64,000 nt of DNA from Lachnospiraceae bacterium (lineage in GTDB: Bacteria; Bacillota; Clostridia; Lachnospirales; Lachnospiraceae). Under the pieces are notes generated by a model. The model was not told the origin of the DNA and did no database searches. It saw only the letters and a program-made list of their open reading frames with translations. Positions within the stretch are counted from its first letter, which is position 1, and the number at the start of each line of letters is the position of its first letter. The position numbers were made by a program, and so were the translations under genes. The DNA is taken from the NCBI GenBank assembly GCA_045600725.1, contig JAZRYK010000027.1:427-64426 (forward strand), written 5' to 3'. Below, one piece after another: positions 34,452 through 44,600 of this stretch.

Positions 34452-35202
34452 TACGGCTGCGATAGTTTTTCTTCTTTCTGCGATCGGACTTGAAGCAAAA
34501 GCGGATAACGTAGCTGCGTACAGAAATGAGACTACAAATTATTCGGTATACATTGAAGACAATGCGGCTCTTTTGTCCGATTATGACAGAGAACGTCTTA
34601 AAGAAGACATGATTCCCGTCACAAAATACGGTAACGCCACGTTTCTTACAACGGATGACAATACAAGTTCTGCCGCGGGTTATGCAAAGGAGTATAACAA
34701 CACTAAATTCGGCACAGCTTCATCGACTGTATTCTTTATTGATATGCGCAACCGTGAAATTTATATTTTCAGTAACGGTACAATTTATAATTCCGTTACG
34801 AACAGCAAGGCACGGTCAATTACCGACAATGTGTACAAGTATGCATCGGACGGTGACTATTATTCCTGTGCCAGCAAGGCATTTTCTCAGATATACAAGG
34901 TGGCAGGAGGACAGAAAATTGCAGAGCCCATGAAGTATATCGGAAATGCACTTTTTGCAATGATGCTGGCACTTGTTATTAATTTTTTCATTGTTAGCTC
35001 AAGCTCAAAGGCGCAGAAAGTCGACAATTCGGTTTTGGCTTCAAATTCCATGAGAAGATTTAATGCTACTAATTTTCAAAGTGTAAAAGGCTCTTTGACA
35101 AAAAGATATAATCCGAGGTCATCAGACTCGGGCGGGTCGTCAGGCGGCGGTTCATCCGGAGGTGGCGGCGGTGGCGGTGGCGGTGGCGGCCATTCATTCT
35201 AG
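34426..35202 (+). CDS. TPM-domain protein with signal peptide, TM anchor and Gly-rich C-terminal tail
   Basis: GTG 34426 lies 8 nt after AGGAGG and 26 nt inside the upstream gene. The signal peptide ends ...GLEAKA-DN. A TPM-like core (YIEDNAALLSDYDRERL...VFFIDMRNREIYI) is followed by a TM helix (IGNALFAMMLALVINFFIV). The tail is SGGSSGGGSSG(G)11HSF. Confidence 0.75.
   Translation: MRIFRAIFSTAAIVFLLSAIGLEAKADNVAAYRNETTNYSVYIEDNAALLSDYDRERLKEDMIPVTKYGNATFLTTDDNTSSAAGYAKEYNNTKFGTASSTVFFIDMRNREIYIFSNGTIYNSVTNSKARSITDNVYKYASDGDYYSCASKAFSQIYKVAGGQKIAEPMKYIGNALFAMMLALVINFFIVSSSSKAQKVDNSVLASNSMRRFNATNFQSVKGSLTKRYNPRSSDSGGSSGGGSSGGGGGGGGGGGHSF
35158..35190 (+). repeat. (GGN)11 simple repeat encoding a Gly11 run
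   Basis: GGAGGTGGCGGCGGTGGCGGTGGCGGTGGCGGC, in frame at the 3' end of the TPM gene. Confidence 0.9.
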
Positions 35203-35223
35203 GACAAACGAACAACAGAAAGA

Positions 35224-35258
35224 ACGATGAAAACCCAAGGGTCTTTCATCGTTTTTTT
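35224..35258 (+). terminator. intrinsic terminator after the TPM gene
   Basis: Stem ACGATGAAA / TTTCATCGT, followed by TTTTTT. Confidence 0.65.
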
Positions 35259-35344
35259 GTTGTGGAGAGACAATCGTTGCGTGCTGTGGGAACAAAAACG
35301 ATTTTCACCATATCTGACACGTCGGGTCGGGTACTTTATGTATA

Positions 35345-35373
35345 TTGTCAGCACACTATATATAGTTTATAAT
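35345..35373 (+). promoter_or_regulatory. sigma-A-type promoter candidate for the gtrA-like / GH3 genes
   Basis: TTGTCA, 17-nt spacer, TATAAT, about 35 nt upstream of ATG 35409. Confidence 0.45.
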
Positions 35374-35408
35374 TATTCAGTTAAAAATAAGTCTTGAGGT
35401 AAAAGTAA

Positions 35409-36002
35409 ATGAAAGAATTATGGCAGAAGTATAGAGAAATTGTTGTTTATATTGTAGTCGGTGGGTTAACTACAGTATTCTGTTTTGTTGTCCTATGGAT
35501 TTTAACAAACCTTGTACTGGGGGCTGACAGAGTAGCAAACAACGGAGCACTTAATATTTTTGTTCAGTCTGTCGACTGGCTCGCGGGTGTTTTGTTTGCT
35601 TATCCGCTTAACAGAAAATGGGTTTTCAAAAGTAAAAACCCTCATATCATTGCCGAACTTCTCGGCTTTGCCGGCTCCAGAGTGTCGACATGGATTTTGG
35701 ATGCTCTTGTAATGGTTATGTTTGCAACCATGTGGAAACCCATTTGGTTTATAAAATGGGTGCTTGAGATTTGCGGACAGAAAGTCGAAATGGTAGATGG
35801 AATTGAAAGTGCCGTAATCAGCTTTATGTCATTTAACATGACTACTTCTTTGGACAACCTGAACTACTGGTTTGTTAAAATTTTTATTTCCTCGGTGCTT
35901 GTAATGATTGTTAATTACATATTCAGTAAACTGCTTATTTTTAAAAAGAAAAAGCCGGCGAAAGCCGAAGCGGCAGAATCAAGCGAAATAAAAAATAACT
36001 GA
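35409..36002 (+). CDS. GtrA-family membrane protein
   Basis: The N-terminus is YREIVVYIVVGGLTTVFCFVVLWILTN. A four-TM layout and NRKWVFK are typical of GtrA-like proteins. The C-terminal tail is Lys-rich. Confidence 0.8.
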   Translation: MKELWQKYREIVVYIVVGGLTTVFCFVVLWILTNLVLGADRVANNGALNIFVQSVDWLAGVLFAYPLNRKWVFKSKNPHIIAELLGFAGSRVSTWILDALVMVMFATMWKPIWFIKWVLEICGQKVEMVDGIESAVISFMSFNMTTSLDNLNYWFVKIFISSVLVMIVNYIFSKLLIFKKKKPAKAEAAESSEIKNN

Positions 36003-36049
36003 TATTTGATTTTATACAAAATTTAATGCGGAATATTTTTGGAGGATAT

Positions 36050-38806
36050 ATGAAGAATTACAGGCTTGACTGGGGCGCATACATTAAGACCTGCAGAAAA
36101 ACTGCAAGCGAAGGCTGCGTTCTTCTTAAAAACGATAACAATACATTACCGGTGAAAAAGGGCGGAACAGTTGCTCTTTTCGGGCGTACACAGTTTGACT
36201 ATATCAAGTGCGGAACAGGATCGGGCGGACTGGTTAATGTTCCTTATGTTGTAAGCTACTATGACGGAATAAAGAATTGTGATGATTTAAAAATATATGA
36301 GCCTCTTTCAGACATATACAGAAAATGGCTTGAAGACCATCCTTTTGACAAAGGCGGTGGCTGGGCGCAGGAGCCTACAAGCCAGGTAGAAATGCCTCTG
36401 ACAGACGAAGTTGTTAAAGATGCTGCCGGGAATGCCGATGTTGCCATTGTTTTTATAAGTCGTCTTTCAGGTGAAGACAAGGACAGAACGGCAACCGAAG
36501 GAGACTACTATTTAAGCGCCGGAGAGCGTGAGATGATTTCTGTAGTCTGCTCTAATTTTGAGAAGACAGCGGTGCTTATCAATTCGGGCGATATCATAAA
36601 TATGAACTGGGTTAAGGAATATAATCCCGGTGCCGTAATGTATGTCTGGCAGGGCGGTTGCGAAGGCGGAAATGCCGTGGCAGACCTTATTTCCGGTAAA
36701 GCTACTCCCGGCGGACGCCTTACGGAAACTATCGCACTTGATGTAACGGATTATCCTTCGGCAAATGATTTTGGAGACCTGGTGCGTAATTTCTATACCG
36801 AAGACATTTATGTAGGCTACAGATATTTCGAAACATTTAAAAAGGATAAGGTAGTATATCCCTTTGGCTATGGAATTACATATACAAGCTTTGAACAGAC
36901 ATACGCATTTTCTTGCGGGGAAAATTTTGAAATCAGGGCATTTGTTGAAAATATCGGAGATTATCCGGGAAGACAGGTAATTCAGGTTTACTGCGAAGCA
37001 CCTCAGGGATTTCTCGGAAAGCCTTCAAGAGTACTTGTTGCGTTCGGAAAAACAAAAACTTTGGCACCGGGAGAAACAGAAGTTATTTCAATGACCTGGG
37101 GCGCAAAGGAAATGGCTTCCTATGATGACACGGGAATGACAGGACACAGAAACTCATTTGTTCTTGAAGAAGGCGAATATACATTCTTTGCAGGTACGGA
37201 TGTCAGAAGCACTCAGGCTGTCGGTTCATTCTCACTCTCCGAGACGCTGGTAACAGAGACTACGGAAGCAGCACTTTATCCAATCATGGAATTTGACAGA
37301 ATTATTCCCAAACCTTCGAAAAACGGATTTGTTGCCGTGAAGACACCTGCACCCGTCAGATACTATGATTCTTTTGAACTTATCGAAAAAGAAAGAAATT
37401 CTCTTAAGGAAATTCCTTATACAGGGGATAAGGATATCAAACTTAAAGACGTTAAAGAAGGAAAGGCTTCAATGGAGGATTTCATTGCTCAGCTTTCCGA
37501 TGAAGATATGGTTGTTATGTCGCGTGGTGAAGGTATGAGTTCTTCACGTGTTGTTCCCGGAACCTGCGCCGCATACGGTGGTGTGTCGGATTCACTTGCT
37601 GCATTCGGAATACCTGCCGCCGCTTGTACCGACGGCCCCAGCGGACTCAGAATAGACAGCGGTGTATATGCAATGCTCGGACCTAACGGAAGCTGTCTTT
37701 CTTCCACATTCAATCCCGAGCTTGTTAAAAAACTTTATTCTTATATGGGTGAGGAACTTTTAAGAGACAAAATCGACTGTCTTCTCGGTCCCGGTATGAA
37801 TATTAAGCGTCATCCGTTAAACGGAAGAAATTTCGAATATTTCAGTGAAGATCCCTTTGTTACGGGAAAGATGGCGATAGCTCAGCTTGAGGGTATGAGA
37901 CCCTGGAATACAACCTGCTGTATCAAGCATTTTGCATGCAATAATCAGGAAGATGCACGTCACCGTTCTGATTCCGTTGTTTCAGCGCGAGCCCTCAGAG
38001 AGATTTATCTTAAGGGATTTGAAATGGCCGTTCGTGACGGAAAGGCAAATCATATAATGACAACATATGGTGTTCTTAACGGAACACATACCGCGGCAAA
38101 CTTTGAATTGAATACCTGTGTTCTTCGTAAGGACTGGGGCTTTGAAGGAGTCAGTGTAACAGACTGGTGGGCATATTGCGGTAAAGAACTTGACGAGAAT
38201 CCTACGGTTCAGAAGACTTCCTTCATGGTCAGAGCCCAGAACGATCTTTATATGGTCACAAACAGTTCTGTCGGAAACGATAACGGAGATGATTCCGAAG
38301 AAGGCCTTAAATCAGGAGTGTTTACACGAGCAGAACTTCAGAGAAATGCCATGAATATTGTTTCTCTTGTTATGAATACTCCGGCTTATGACAGACTAAA
38401 CGGAGAAGAATTTGTATTTGAAGACATCGACAGACCTACAACAGGCGAAATAGCAGCCGATGCCGAATTTACATTCGATGTTACCGACGGTGCAAAAATG
38501 GACGAAAATCTGTTGGTTACCACAAAGGGTGCAATAAATATCATCAGACTCAGATTCCCTGAAAAGGGTGATTATATGATGTACTTTGAACTCGGTTCCG
38601 AGGGCGGGCTTCTTTCGCAGCTTTCCGCAACCTTCAGCGTTAACAATACCGTAATGAAGGTTATTACACGAAACGGTGCCAAGAGTGAATGGACTAACGA
38701 AGAAGTTGTGATGGGACACGGGTTCTCGACAGAACGTTTCCTGAAGATTTCATTCAGCCAGACAGGGCTTAAGTTCAGAAACATATATTTTGAAAAGAAG
38801 AAATAA
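36050..38806 (+). CDS. glycoside hydrolase family 3 beta-glucosidase with permuted domain order
   Basis: GGAGGA lies 4 nt upstream of ATG 36050. The GH3 C-terminal-type domain comes first (LLKNDNNTLPVKKGGTVALFG). An Fn3-like segment follows (IQVYCEAPQGFLGKPSRVLVAFGKTKTLAPGE). The catalytic (beta/alpha)8 domain comes last (GPGMNIKRHPLNGRNFEYFSEDP, nucleophile context GFEGVSVTDWW). Confidence 0.9.
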   Translation: MKNYRLDWGAYIKTCRKTASEGCVLLKNDNNTLPVKKGGTVALFGRTQFDYIKCGTGSGGLVNVPYVVSYYDGIKNCDDLKIYEPLSDIYRKWLEDHPFDKGGGWAQEPTSQVEMPLTDEVVKDAAGNADVAIVFISRLSGEDKDRTATEGDYYLSAGEREMISVVCSNFEKTAVLINSGDIINMNWVKEYNPGAVMYVWQGGCEGGNAVADLISGKATPGGRLTETIALDVTDYPSANDFGDLVRNFYTEDIYVGYRYFETFKKDKVVYPFGYGITYTSFEQTYAFSCGENFEIRAFVENIGDYPGRQVIQVYCEAPQGFLGKPSRVLVAFGKTKTLAPGETEVISMTWGAKEMASYDDTGMTGHRNSFVLEEGEYTFFAGTDVRSTQAVGSFSLSETLVTETTEAALYPIMEFDRIIPKPSKNGFVAVKTPAPVRYYDSFELIEKERNSLKEIPYTGDKDIKLKDVKEGKASMEDFIAQLSDEDMVVMSRGEGMSSSRVVPGTCAAYGGVSDSLAAFGIPAAACTDGPSGLRIDSGVYAMLGPNGSCLSSTFNPELVKKLYSYMGEELLRDKIDCLLGPGMNIKRHPLNGRNFEYFSEDPFVTGKMAIAQLEGMRPWNTTCCIKHFACNNQEDARHRSDSVVSARALREIYLKGFEMAVRDGKANHIMTTYGVLNGTHTAANFELNTCVLRKDWGFEGVSVTDWWAYCGKELDENPTVQKTSFMVRAQNDLYMVTNSSVGNDNGDDSEEGLKSGVFTRAELQRNAMNIVSLVMNTPAYDRLNGEEFVFEDIDRPTTGEIAADAEFTFDVTDGAKMDENLLVTTKGAINIIRLRFPEKGDYMMYFELGSEGGLLSQLSATFSVNNTVMKVITRNGAKSEWTNEEVVMGHGFSTERFLKISFSQTGLKFRNIYFEKKK

Positions 38807-38832
38807 AACGGATTTTGAGTGTGGAGTGCAAA

Positions 38833-41424
38833 ATGCGGGGGAAACTTGTTAATCTGAATGCATTCTATAAATATAAGAATGTGGTCAATCAAAAAAATAA
38901 ATGGGGTATGTGGTGGAATTTCGCTGTTTTTGAAGGAATTCTTGCCACAGCCTTTTTGGTGAAACTCTTTAGCAATAAAGAAAAGGTATACGTTGAATTC
39001 TTTGTCTTTGCCTTAGCGGCACTGCTGATGATGGCGTTATGGTTTTTTTTGCGGGACAAGGTTAAAAAAATACAAGACTGGTCGATTATAGTCTGCTATG
39101 TAATAGGCTTTGCTTTTGTGACACATTTGGAAGTAATGTTTCCGGGATCGCAGATTGTCATGTTTGCATATGCTTTTACGGCAATTGATTTGGCGGCTTC
39201 ATTTATTCTGGCTCCGTTCTATGTTATTTTGGGACAAACAGAGGGTGCGCTGGTTTTTCTTATTACATATTGCGTTGTAACGGATAATCCGGATTCAATC
39301 ACAATCGCATGTATTGTTTTAGCGGGCTTATTGGCTGTTGCCGCGGGACTTCTTGCGTGGAATATTAGAATGTCAAATCTGATTTTTGCAAACGAACTTA
39401 CATTCCTGGCAACCGGAACGGATGATATTTTTATTCAGAACAAACCTGACGGCTTGTGGGAGGATTCCGAGCAAGGCATTTTTGCCGGAGCCGAAGACCA
39501 CAAAAGACGTAACATTACATTTGTGTTCGATGAAAGAAACGACAGACTTCTGAGCGTACGCGAAGGTAACATATTTGATTTGCGCCGGGAAATGACATGG
39601 AGTGAGGTGTCGACGAGAATATTAAGATACGCCGGAGATGTCGCCTCGTACAAAAGAGTTGAAAAATTTCTGAATCCTGACGGAACAGGAAAGAATGCTT
39701 ACGAGGACAAGGGGGGTGTTGCGGCTTCATTTAATATGCCTTCGGGCGAAAGAATGTGGCTTTCTTTGGAAATGACATACCGCCCAAATCCTGTTAACGG
39801 ATTTATGACAAAGGTGGTCTCCCTTGAGGATATTACCGGAGACAAGATTTATATGGGCATTATGAATATGATGCTCTCTGAAAACTATGACGCCGTTCTC
39901 TGTTACGAAAGAGGAAAAAACAGAGGGCTTCTGCTTTATGCCGAAAACGGTGATATTAAGTTTGAAAAATGTGACAATTACGAAGAGATGATGATGCGAT
40001 ATGCCACCGGATTTGTGGCAGATTATGATCGTGAACGTGCCGTTGAAGCGGCTCATATAAAAACTCTTTGCGATTACCTTCAGGAACATGATTTCTTTGA
40101 AATATTTATCGATGAAGTTAAAGACGGAACTATAGGAAGAAAACGTTTTTATTCATCGTATATGGATGATGACAAACGATTTCTTGTTGTTTTCAAACAG
40201 GATGTTACTGATTTTGTAAACAGTGAGAAAGAAGTAAAAGAAAAACTGGAGACTGCGCTGGCGGAGGCAAAAGCGGCAAATGCGGTTAAGACGGAATTCC
40301 TCGCAAGAATGAGCCACGAAATGCGTACTCCCATGAATGCCATTGTCGGTCTTGCATCTTTGGTCGAGGACGCAAACGGAAATCCCGAGCAGATTAAAGG
40401 CTATGTAAGCAAAATTAAGAGTTCAAGCGATTATTTGCTTCAGCTTATCAATGATGTTCTGGATATGTCGGGAATTGTGGAAGGCCGACTGACAATGGAT
40501 GTCAAGGAAGTGAGATTTGCGGATTTTCTTGCAACAGTCAACACAATTGTTGAGCCTCTGTGCGCAAGTAAAAATATAGTTTATATAGCAAATTCGGAAA
40601 TACCGGACAATACGATTCTTTTAATGGATAAGTTACGTGTTTCACAGATTTTTACAAATCTTTTGGACAACGCGGTAAAATATACTTCTGAGGGAGGACT
40701 TATTGAATTCAGCTGCTACAATATCGGTAGTGACGGGAACAAGGGAAAATATCGTTTTGTGGTTAAAGACAGTGGTATCGGAATGACGGAAGAGTTTGCA
40801 CAGCGTATGTTTGAACCTTTTGCGCAGGAAAAAGAAACGAATCGCGCGAGCTTAAACGGAACCGGAATAGGTCTTTCCATTTCAAAGGGTATAGTTGATA
40901 TGCTCGGAGGCAGTATCAGTGCCACAAGTAAACCGGACGTCGGAACAACCTTTGTTGTGGATATTGGTTTTGAAAGTGTAACGAAGCAGGAACCGGTTGA
41001 AGAAAAAAGCGAAGAAATCAGTGTTGACTGCCTCAAAGGTAAGCGGGTGCTTGTTGTCGAAGACAATGAAATCAACAGAGAAATTGCCGTTGCACTTCTC
41101 GAAAGTCAGAATATTAAAGCCGAAGTGACCGTGAATGGCCTGGAAGCAGTGGAAGCGTTCGACAATTCGCCCGAGCACTTTTACGATGCAATTCTTATGG
41201 ATATTAGAATGCCGCGAATGAACGGACTTGAGGCAACCAGAAAAATCAGACTGCTTAACAGAAGAGATGCATCGAATATTCCTATTATTGCAATGACGGC
41301 AAATGCATTTTCGGAAGATGTGGAGCTTTCTGTCAATTCGGGTATGAACGCTCATCTTTCCAAACCCATTAATCCTGTTATTCTGTACGAGACTCTTGCA
41401 AAGTTTATTTCGGAAAGTAAGTAA
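38833..41424 (+). CDS. hybrid sensor histidine kinase / response regulator (multi-TM, HisKA, HATPase_c, REC)
   Basis: About 6 N-terminal TM helices. The H-box is RMSHEMRTPMNAIVG, the N-box LLDNAVKYT and the G-box GTGIGLSISKG. The REC domain shows VLVVEDNEINREIA...ILMDIRMPRMNG. The start is uncertain (ATG 38833 or TTG 38815). Confidence 0.85.
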   Translation: MRGKLVNLNAFYKYKNVVNQKNKWGMWWNFAVFEGILATAFLVKLFSNKEKVYVEFFVFALAALLMMALWFFLRDKVKKIQDWSIIVCYVIGFAFVTHLEVMFPGSQIVMFAYAFTAIDLAASFILAPFYVILGQTEGALVFLITYCVVTDNPDSITIACIVLAGLLAVAAGLLAWNIRMSNLIFANELTFLATGTDDIFIQNKPDGLWEDSEQGIFAGAEDHKRRNITFVFDERNDRLLSVREGNIFDLRREMTWSEVSTRILRYAGDVASYKRVEKFLNPDGTGKNAYEDKGGVAASFNMPSGERMWLSLEMTYRPNPVNGFMTKVVSLEDITGDKIYMGIMNMMLSENYDAVLCYERGKNRGLLLYAENGDIKFEKCDNYEEMMMRYATGFVADYDRERAVEAAHIKTLCDYLQEHDFFEIFIDEVKDGTIGRKRFYSSYMDDDKRFLVVFKQDVTDFVNSEKEVKEKLETALAEAKAANAVKTEFLARMSHEMRTPMNAIVGLASLVEDANGNPEQIKGYVSKIKSSSDYLLQLINDVLDMSGIVEGRLTMDVKEVRFADFLATVNTIVEPLCASKNIVYIANSEIPDNTILLMDKLRVSQIFTNLLDNAVKYTSEGGLIEFSCYNIGSDGNKGKYRFVVKDSGIGMTEEFAQRMFEPFAQEKETNRASLNGTGIGLSISKGIVDMLGGSISATSKPDVGTTFVVDIGFESVTKQEPVEEKSEEISVDCLKGKRVLVVEDNEINREIAVALLESQNIKAEVTVNGLEAVEAFDNSPEHFYDAILMDIRMPRMNGLEATRKIRLLNRRDASNIPIIAMTANAFSEDVELSVNSGMNAHLSKPINPVILYETLAKFISESK

Positions 41425-41436
41425 AGAATGATTATT

Positions 41437-41470
41437 CCCCGGCGATAGTTCGTCGGGGAGTTGTTTTTTT
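41437..41470 (+). terminator. intrinsic terminator after the hybrid kinase
   Basis: Stem CCCCGGCGA / TCGTCGGGG (one G-U) with loop TAGT, then AGTTGTTTTTTTT. Confidence 0.65.
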
Positions 41471-41520
41471 TCGGGAAAACGGCGATATTTTTGTATGTAT
41501 ATTTTTGTAAAAAAATCTTG

Positions 41521-41549
41521 TTGACTTTGAAAAATCTTTGTTATACAAT
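41521..41549 (+). promoter_or_regulatory. sigma-A-type promoter candidate for rpoB-rpoC
   Basis: TTGACT, 17-nt spacer, TACAAT, about 87 nt upstream of ATG 41636. Confidence 0.5.
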
Positions 41550-41635
41550 ACAAAATGCACTATTGTGGAGTGCCTTGTTTTTTTGTGGCTTTTTTTACAT
41601 ATAAAAACCAATGCTAAATAATAAGAACGGGGTGA

Positions 41636-44600
41636 ATGTCAATGGAAAAAAACAGAATACGTAAAGTGCCCGCAGGCAGAAGTATGCGTATGAGTTATTC
41701 TCGACAAAAAGAAGTTTTGGAAATGCCCAACCTTATTGAGGTTCAGAAGGATTCTTATGAATGGTTCCTTTCAGACGGACTTCGTGAGGCATTTGACGAC
41801 ATTTCTCCTATTGTGGACTACAGTGGCCGTTTCAGCCTTGAGTTTGTAGATTATGAACTCAACAGAAATCAGGCTAAATACACAATTGAAGAATGTAAGG
41901 AACGTGATGCAACATACTCGGCAAAATTAAGTGCCAAGGTGCGTCTCCATAACAAGGAAACCGGAGAAGTTGCCGAAAATGTCGTTTTCATGGGTGATTT
42001 TCCTTTGATGACTGAAACCGGAACTTTCGTTATAAATGGCGCAGAACGTGTAATCGTCAGCCAGATGGTTCGTTCTCCGGGTATTTATTACGATATTCAG
42101 CATGATAAAATCGGTAAGGAACTGTATTTTGCTACAGTTATCCCCAACCGTGGTGCATGGCTTGAATATGAGACCGATTCAAATAATGTATTTTATGTAC
42201 GTGTGGACAGAACCAGAAAGGTTCCGATCACCGTTCTTTTGCGTGCTCTCGGATTAGGTACAAACCAGGAAATCCGTGACCTTTTCGGCGAAGAAGAAAA
42301 GATTGAAGCAAGTTTTGCCAAGGATACTTCCATTACTGAAAAGATGCCTGAAGGCAGCGCAGAAGCAGGTTTACTTGAATTATATAAGAAGATTCGTCCC
42401 GGTGAGCCTTTGAACGTTGAAAACGCTGAAAGCCTTATTTCCGGTATGTTCTTCGATCCCCGTCGTTATGATCTTGCAAAGGTTGGACGTTATAAATTCA
42501 ATAAGAAGCTTTCTTTCAGAAATCGTATCGCAGGTCAGGTTCTTGCAGAGGATGCTGTAAGTCCCTTAACAGGTGAAATCCTTTTCGAAAAAGGAACAAA
42601 GCTTACAAGAGAAGATGCTGATATGATTCAGGATTCAGCAGTTCCTTTTGTATATATCGAGACAGAAACAAAGATTGAAAAGGTTCTTTCAAATATGGCA
42701 GTCAAGCTTGACGGATTCGTTGATTTCGATCCTGCCGAACTTGGCATTAAAGAAAGAGTTTATTATCCCGTACTTAAGGAAATCCTCGATGGATGTGAAG
42801 ATGCAGAGTCTGTTAAGGAAGCTGTGCAGTTAAATATTCACGAGCTTGTTCCCAAACACATCACAAAGGAAGATATCTTTGCATCTGTAAACTATAATCT
42901 TCATCTTGAATACGGCATCGGAACAGATGACGATATCGACCACCTTGGCAACCGTCGTATCCGTGCTGTCGGTGAACTTTTACAGAACCAGTTCCGTATC
43001 GGTCTTTCAAGAGTAGAGCGTGTTGTCAGAGAAAGAATGACCACACATGATACCGATGAAGTTAATGCGGGACAGCTTGTAAATGTCAAGCCTATTCAGG
43101 CTGCAATTAAGGAGTTCTTCGGATCTTCACAGTTGTCACAGTTCATGGATCAGAACAACCCTCTTGGTGAACTTACTCACAAGAGACGTCTTTCTGCACT
43201 CGGTCCCGGCGGTCTTTCAAGAGAACGTGCTTCCTTCGAAGTTCGAGATGTCCACTACACACACTATGGTCGTATGTGTCCCATCGAGACTCCCGAAGGT
43301 CCCAACATCGGACTTATCAACTCTCTTGCTTCATTCGCAAGAATTAATGAATATGGCTTCATTGAGGCTCCTTATCGTCTCATTGACAAGTCAGATCCCG
43401 AAAATCCTCGTGTAACGGATGAATACCGTTACATGACTGCAGACGAAGAAGACGATTACCATGTAGCTCAGGCTAACGTGCCTCTTAATCCTGACGGAAC
43501 ATTCGCTAAGAATTCCGTATCGGGTCGTTATCGTGAAGAGACACAGGAATACGCAAAGACCATGTTTGATTACATGGACGTATCTCCCAGAATGGTATTC
43601 TCAGTTGCTACAGCACTTATTCCTTTCCTTCAGAACGACGATGCTAACCGTGCTCTGATGGGATCAAACATGCAGCGTCAGGCCGTTCCTCTTATGATGA
43701 CAGAGGCTCCTGCAGTAGGTACAGGTATGGAACCTAAGGCTGCTGTTGACTCAGGTGTATGTGTAGTTGCGGAAGGTGACGGAACCGTTGATTACGTATC
43801 TTCAAAGCTTATCAAGATTACATATGATGACGGAACAAAGAAAGATTACAACTTAACAAAGTTCTCTCGTAGTAACCAGTCCAACTGTTACAACCAGAAG
43901 CCTATTGTATTTAAGGGCAATCGTGTAACAAAGGGTGAGGTTATTGCAGATGGTCCTTCAACTCAGGGCGGTGAACTTGCTCTTGGTAAGAACCCTCTTA
44001 TCGGTTTCATGACATGGGAAGGTTATAACTACGAAGATGCCGTTCTCTTAAGTGAGAGACTTGTTGCAGACGATGTATATACATCAATTCATATTGAAAA
44101 GTATGAAGCAGAAGCACGTGATACCAAGCTTGGTCCCGAAGAAATTACACGAGACGTTCCCGGTGTCGGTGACGAAGCGTTAAAGAACCTTGATGAACGC
44201 GGAATCATTCGTGTAGGTGCAGAGGTTAGAGCAAACGATATTCTTGTCGGTAAGGTTACTCCCAAGGGAGAAACAGAGCTTACAGCAGAAGAAAGACTTC
44301 TTCGTGCAATCTTCGGTGAGAAGGCAAGAGAAGTTCGTGATACTTCACTTAAGGTACCTCACGGCGAATATGGTATCGTTGTTGATACAAAGGTATTTAC
44401 AAGAAAAGATAACGAGGGAGATCTTTCACCCGGCGTTAATACTTCAGTCAGAGTATACATTGCTCAGAAGCGTAAGATCAGCGTTGGTGATAAGATGGCC
44501 GGACGTCACGGTAACAAGGGTGTCGTTTCACGAGTACTTCCTGTAGAAGATATGCCTTATCTTCCTAACGGTCGTCCTCTTGATATCGTACTTAACCCTC

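Noticed and set aside
39043-39050. A T8 homopolymer inside the hybrid kinase coding region, as a possible phase-variation tract.
   Set aside because: It is a single modest-length tract in an AT-rich genome with an intact frame, and there is no evidence of variability from one sequence.
40882-41553. A 223-aa antisense ORF across the REC domain of the hybrid kinase and the downstream intergenic region.
   Set aside because: It runs through the terminator and the rpoB promoter region. It has no recognisable motif or RBS, and the sense-strand protein has complete REC motifs.
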